Shown here piece by piece: positions 28,118 through 32,000 of a DNA stretch of 32,000 nt. The notes below the pieces were generated by a model. That model ran no database searches and was not told the origin of the DNA. It saw nothing but the letters and a program-made list of their open reading frames with translations. Origin of the DNA: Synechococcus sp. A15-28 (GTDB taxonomy: Bacteria; Cyanobacteriota; Cyanobacteriia; PCC-6307; Cyanobiaceae). The translations under genes and the position numbers were made by a program. The stretch is from positions 870,001 through 902,000 of the forward strand of contig NZ_CP047931.1 in the NCBI RefSeq assembly GCF_014280175.1, in the 5' to 3' direction. Every line of letters starts with the position of its first letter. Within the stretch, counting starts at the first letter, position 1.

Positions 28118-28768
28118 TTGCCCAACCTCCCGGCGCCCTACGTCAGCCCCTGGAAGGAGTTCGCCCGCAACCTTCGGGCTCTCTGGGCTGATCTGGGGTT
28201 GCGTGGTCGGGAGCTCTGGCGTCGCAACGGCGAGGGGGACCTCCCCATCCCGGGGTTCTGGCCCGATGGACTGGCGGCCTGGTTCTGGCCTGCCGTCGTG
28301 GCCCTGGTGTTGGCTACCATGGTGTCTGCAGGGGTTGTGATCAAAGGCAGCTCAAGGCAGCAGGCCAGTCCACCTCCGCCACCCCCGGTGGCGATCCGCG
28401 AACTTCCGGCCCCTGATCCGATCCCCGTGGAGGAGCCCGAGGTGATCCTTCCTGAGCCAGAGCCGACGCCGCCACCGCTGCGCATCGATCCGTTGCTGGA
28501 GCTGTTTCTGGACGGTTCGGCTCCAGAGGATCTGTTGCTGGCGGCCCAGCCCGATGCGGTGAACAACCGCCTGCTGCTTCGCCTGGCCGAAAGCTGGTGG
28601 GAGCTGACGGATGCCCGCCGCCAGGAGCTGGCGCAGGCCTGGCAGGACCGCTCGACGGATCAGGGCTACGGCGCGTTGCGCTTGCTGGATCGCGACGATC
28701 AGTTGATCGGGAGGTCAGCTCAGGTCGGCAGCGGCATGATCCTGTTCAACACTCCAGCGCCGGCATGA
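28118..28768 (+). CDS. Hypothetical single-pass membrane protein with proline-rich linker
   Basis: 216 aa, TM segment ~LAAWFWPAVVALVLATMVSAGVVI followed by PPPPPP and EPEPTPPP segments. Confidence 0.7.
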   Translation: MPNLPAPYVSPWKEFARNLRALWADLGLRGRELWRRNGEGDLPIPGFWPDGLAAWFWPAVVALVLATMVSAGVVIKGSSRQQASPPPPPPVAIRELPAPDPIPVEEPEVILPEPEPTPPPLRIDPLLELFLDGSAPEDLLLAAQPDAVNNRLLLRLAESWWELTDARRQELAQAWQDRSTDQGYGALRLLDRDDQLIGRSAQVGSGMILFNTPAPA

Positions 28769-30114
28769 CTCTGCGGATCCAGCAGCTGATTGATCGTTGG
28801 GGGAAACCGGATGGTGCTGTGGCGAATCCACAGCAGACACTGGGGCCGGTCTGCACCGACAGCCGCCGTCTGACGGCTGGCGATTTCTTTGTTCCCCTTG
28901 TGGGGGAACGCTTCGATGGTCACCGTTTCCTGGAGCAGCTCCCGCTGTTGGGCGCCCAGGGGGCCGTGGTGTCGATGGGCTGGACAGGCGCCATGCCCGA
29001 TGGGCTGCTGCATTGGCGGGTGGATGACACCCTGGTGGCCTATCAGCAGCTGGCGTTGTGGCATCGCCGGTCGCTGGGGCTGCCCCTGGTGGCGGTGACC
29101 GGTTCCGCCGGCAAAACCACGACCCGTGAATTGATTCGGTCGGTTCTGGCACCGCTCGGAGCCATCCAGGCCAGTGAGGGCAACAACAACAACGACGTTG
29201 GCGTCCCCCTCACCGTGCTGGGAACGGGGGCGGGTGATGCTGCGGTGGTGATCGAGATGGGCATGCGGGGGCCGGGCGAGATCGCCCGGTTGTCCCGCTG
29301 CACCGAACCGGATGTGGCGGTGATCACCAACATCGGTACCGCCCATATCGGTCGTCTCGGAAGCCGCGAGGCCATCGCCGCTGCCAAGTGTGAGATCACG
29401 GCCGCCCTCAATCCGCAGGGGGTGGTGGTGATCCCCGCCGGCGATCCTTTACTGGAGCAGTCTCTCGCGTCCGTCTGGTCGGGACGGGTGCTGCGGGTGT
29501 GCTTGGAGGATGATCCGGACATCACTGCCGACCTGATCGGCGTCGTCCAGGGTGATCACCTCCTCGTGGACGACGTTTCGATTCCCCTGCCGCTGGAGGG
29601 TCGTCATAACGCCCGCAATCTGCTGCTGGCCCTGGCAGTGGGGTCCCATCTGGGGGTTGAGCTGGCCACCGCAGCGCAGCTGCAGGTGGATGTTCCCGGC
29701 GGTCGCAATCGATGCCTGCAACAGGGCGGACTCACCCTGCTGGATGAGACCTACAACGCTTCACCCGAGGCGGTGCTGGCGGCTCTGGACCTTCTCGCTG
29801 ATCAGCCGGGCCGGCGCTTCGCCGTGCTGGGCACGATGTTGGAGCTGGGGGATCGCAGCGTTGCCCTCCATCAGCAGGTGGCGGCCAGGGCCGCCGCATT
29901 GAAGCTGGATGGTCTGGTACTGGTGGATGGCGGTGAGGAGGGTCAGGCCATGGCGGAGGTTGCTGCCGGTCTGGATTGCCTTTCCCTGGTGGTAACCCCT
30001 GAACAAGCCGCTGTCCCACTGGGGCAATGGCTGCAGGCCGGCGATGTGGTGCTGCTCAAGGCCAGCCGCGGCGTCGCACTCGAGCGGTTGATCCCCCTGC
30101 TGCCTGCGGTTTAG
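28765..30114 (+). CDS. murF: UDP-N-acetylmuramoyl-tripeptide--D-alanyl-D-alanine ligase
   Basis: [38 protein letters not shown]-like [38 protein letters not shown]. Confidence 0.95.
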   Translation: MTLRIQQLIDRWGKPDGAVANPQQTLGPVCTDSRRLTAGDFFVPLVGERFDGHRFLEQLPLLGAQGAVVSMGWTGAMPDGLLHWRVDDTLVAYQQLALWHRRSLGLPLVAVTGSAGKTTTRELIRSVLAPLGAIQASEGNNNNDVGVPLTVLGTGAGDAAVVIEMGMRGPGEIARLSRCTEPDVAVITNIGTAHIGRLGSREAIAAAKCEITAALNPQGVVVIPAGDPLLEQSLASVWSGRVLRVCLEDDPDITADLIGVVQGDHLLVDDVSIPLPLEGRHNARNLLLALAVGSHLGVELATAAQLQVDVPGGRNRCLQQGGLTLLDETYNASPEAVLAALDLLADQPGRRFAVLGTMLELGDRSVALHQQVAARAAALKLDGLVLVDGGEEGQAMAEVAAGLDCLSLVVTPEQAAVPLGQWLQAGDVVLLKASRGVALERLIPLLPAV

Positions 30115-31463
30115 GCCGAACGGTCCGCCCAACCCTCCTTGCTCATCTGCCGGGCGCGACCGATGGCCAGGGCACCATCGGGCACATCCTTGGTGATCGT
30201 CGAACCAGCACCAACCGTCACCTTGGCCCCCAGGTTCACCGGGGCCACCAGCACCGAATTGGCACCGGTCTTGCTGCCATCGCCGATCACCGTGCGGTGC
30301 TTGCGCACCCCGTCGTAATTGGCGGTGATCGTGCCGGCTCCCACATTGACGTTCTGCCCGAGGCTGGCGTCGCCGATGTAGCTGAGGTGGTTCACCTTGG
30401 TGCCAGCCCCCAGCTGACTCTTCTTCACCTCCACGAAGTTGCCGATCCGGCAACCATCGCCGACATCCGCGGCGGGGCGCAGGTGCGCAAAAGGGCCGAT
30501 GGCGACACCGTTCCCCACCGTTGCCTCCCGAATGACGGACTGCAGCACGGTGACGTTGTTGCCGAGCTCTGCATCCTCCAGCAGGCTGCCGGGTCCAAGG
30601 CGGCAGTTGTCGCCGATCCGGCAAACACCGCGCAGATGGGTTTGCGGTTCGATCACCACATCGCGACCGAATCGGCAGTTCTCGCTGAGGGTGCAGCTGC
30701 CTGGATCGACGAAGGTGACGCCCTCCGCCATCCAGTGGTCCCGCAGGCGCTGCTGCAACACCGCTTCGCACTGGGCCAGCTGCTTGCGGTTGTTGATGCC
30801 GTTCACCTCATCGGGATCGGCGACTTCCACATGCATGGCCAGCGGCAGCATCGCCACGGTGTCCGTCAGGTAGAGCTCCCCCTGATCGTTGTCCGAGCTC
30901 AGCTTCGGCAGCACCTCCGCCAGGGCCCGCCAGTTGAAGCAGTAGATGCCCGCGTTGGTGAGATTGTTGCCCCGCTGCTCCTCGGAGCAGTCGCGGTGCT
31001 CAACGATGCCGCTCACCTTGCCCTCGGCATCGGCAAACACCCGTCCATACCCCGTCGGGTCCTCCAGCCGAGCTGTCAGCAGGGTCACATCCGCCCCGCT
31101 GCGTCTGTGACCGCTCACCAGGGAATCAATCGTCTCCGCCCGCAGCAGGGGAACGTCGCCGTTGAGCACCAGAAGTTCACCCTCGAACCCCTCCATCACC
31201 GGCAGCAACTGCTGAACTGCATGGCCGGTGCCGTTCTGGGGCTGCTGCAGCACTAATTCCAGTCCGCCGATGGCTGAGAGCTGCTCCTCCACCCGTTCGG
31301 CCTGATGCCCCACGATCAGCAGGCATCGTTCCGGCTGAAGGTTGGCGGCACTGGCGAGCACCCGTTCCACGAGGGTGGCGCCGGCCAGGGGTTGCAGCAC
31401 CTTGGGCAGAGCGCTCTTCATCCGGGTGCCCTTTCCAGCGGCCAGAACGGCGACGGCAAGCAT
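30111..31463 (-). CDS. glmU: Bifunctional N-acetylglucosamine-1-phosphate uridyltransferase/glucosamine-1-phosphate acetyltransferase
   Basis: [27 protein letters not shown]; left-handed beta-helix hexapeptides; [28 protein letters not shown]. Confidence 0.97.
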   Translation of the reverse strand: MLAVAVLAAGKGTRMKSALPKVLQPLAGATLVERVLASAANLQPERCLLIVGHQAERVEEQLSAIGGLELVLQQPQNGTGHAVQQLLPVMEGFEGELLVLNGDVPLLRAETIDSLVSGHRRSGADVTLLTARLEDPTGYGRVFADAEGKVSGIVEHRDCSEEQRGNNLTNAGIYCFNWRALAEVLPKLSSDNDQGELYLTDTVAMLPLAMHVEVADPDEVNGINNRKQLAQCEAVLQQRLRDHWMAEGVTFVDPGSCTLSENCRFGRDVVIEPQTHLRGVCRIGDNCRLGPGSLLEDAELGNNVTVLQSVIREATVGNGVAIGPFAHLRPAADVGDGCRIGNFVEVKKSQLGAGTKVNHLSYIGDASLGQNVNVGAGTITANYDGVRKHRTVIGDGSKTGANSVLVAPVNLGAKVTVGAGSTITKDVPDGALAIGRARQMSKEGWADRSA

Positions 31464-31620
31464 TAGGAGTGAACAGCAAGGAAAGGAATCTACCTTTCTT
31501 TAGATGATCATGTCAGGATCATGAGTCAAGTTTGAGATGAGTGGAACGGCGTTCGGTTGACGTTTTGAAAACTCGCAATCAGTATTAGCGAGATTCCACG
31601 TTAAGAGTAGATCATTTGCG

Positions 31621-32000
31621 ATGGCAACTTTACGTCTTCCGACTACAGGCTCAGTTGTGACTGGTACGCAGCAGGATGATCTGTTGATTATTCCTTCTGG
31701 TTTTGCTCATTCCTCTAAATTCCTTGCCGAAGCTGGCTCTGACAGTGTCTAATTCTCTGTTGGTATACTTTCTGCAATTGATTTCAATGTTCAATTGCAA
31801 GGTGGTCCAGATAAATTTGTTGTCAGCGGTATTACCTTAAAGAGTTCTATTGTAAATGGTGGTGCTGGTTCAGACGTTATAGAATTTTGGATTCAAATGT
31901 TACCGCTATAACTGTTTATGGTGGATATGGAAGTGATGTAATACATGCAAAGTCTTCGAATCTCTCAAATGTTAGGGCGGGTGCAGGTGCGGATATTATC
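31621..32000 (+). pseudogene. Broken RTX/calcium-binding-repeat-like protein fragment (runs off window)
   Basis: Same frame reads MATLRLPTTGSVVTGTQQDDLLIIPSGF…AEAGSDSV* (TAA 31750-31752) then FSVGILSA…VVSGITLKSSIVNGGAGSDVIEF; continuation NVTAITVYGGYGSDVIHAKSSNLSNVRAGAGADII is in another frame after T-run 31885-31888. Confidence 0.6.

Noticed and set aside
29761-30771. 336 aa minus-strand ORF across murF/glmU
   Set aside because: Overlaps two clearly real genes in other frames; Arg/Gln/Pro-rich artefact.
30027-31256. 409 aa plus-strand ORF antisense to glmU
   Set aside because: glmU on the minus strand has full-length conserved motifs; antisense composition artefact.
1-32000. Search for tRNA, rRNA, CRISPR arrays, integrase or transposase genes
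   Set aside because: None could be supported by eye; absence of tRNA/att cannot be proven without tRNAscan-SE and similar tools.

Overview
This window looks like GC-rich chromosomal DNA of a marine Synechococcus-type picocyanobacterium (inferred from gene content such as menD/menB, DUF4336, DUF760 and DUF3721; no database was searched). It contains: (i) a zinc-uptake locus (znuB-znuC divergent from znuA) with a Zur/Fur-like box and an adjacent His/Asp-rich putative outer-membrane barrel, followed by a TIGR03943 + DUF318 permease pair; (ii) rsmE and small PepSY/DUF3721 genes; (iii) an accessory region (~9.6-21.1 kb) made of two compact operons: methyltransferase + FAD oxidoreductase + type III polyketide synthase, and a Nit1C-type nitrilase cluster (flavin oxidoreductase, MSMEG_0572/Sll0783-like protein, nitrilase, radical SAM, GNAT, AIR-synthase-like, MSMEG_0570-like) extended by an NTF2-like/DUF1348 gene and a DUF3050 gene; (iv) housekeeping genes DUF4336, DUF760, lepB, menD, menB, L,D-transpeptidase, glgA, murF, glmU; (v) an AT-richer, broken RTX/Ca-binding-like sequence at the right edge. 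The two most unusual observations are: partial copies of the 5' end of the intact DUF4336 gene (21181) lie at ~9.66 kb, ~9.88 kb and ~13.45 kb and bracket both accessory operons, suggesting modular insertion upstream of that gene; and the DUF3050 protein appended to the Nit1C cluster carries residues reminiscent of heme-oxygenase-like di-iron oxidases, making it a candidate uncharacterised enzyme in a cyanide/nitrile-nitrogen pathway.
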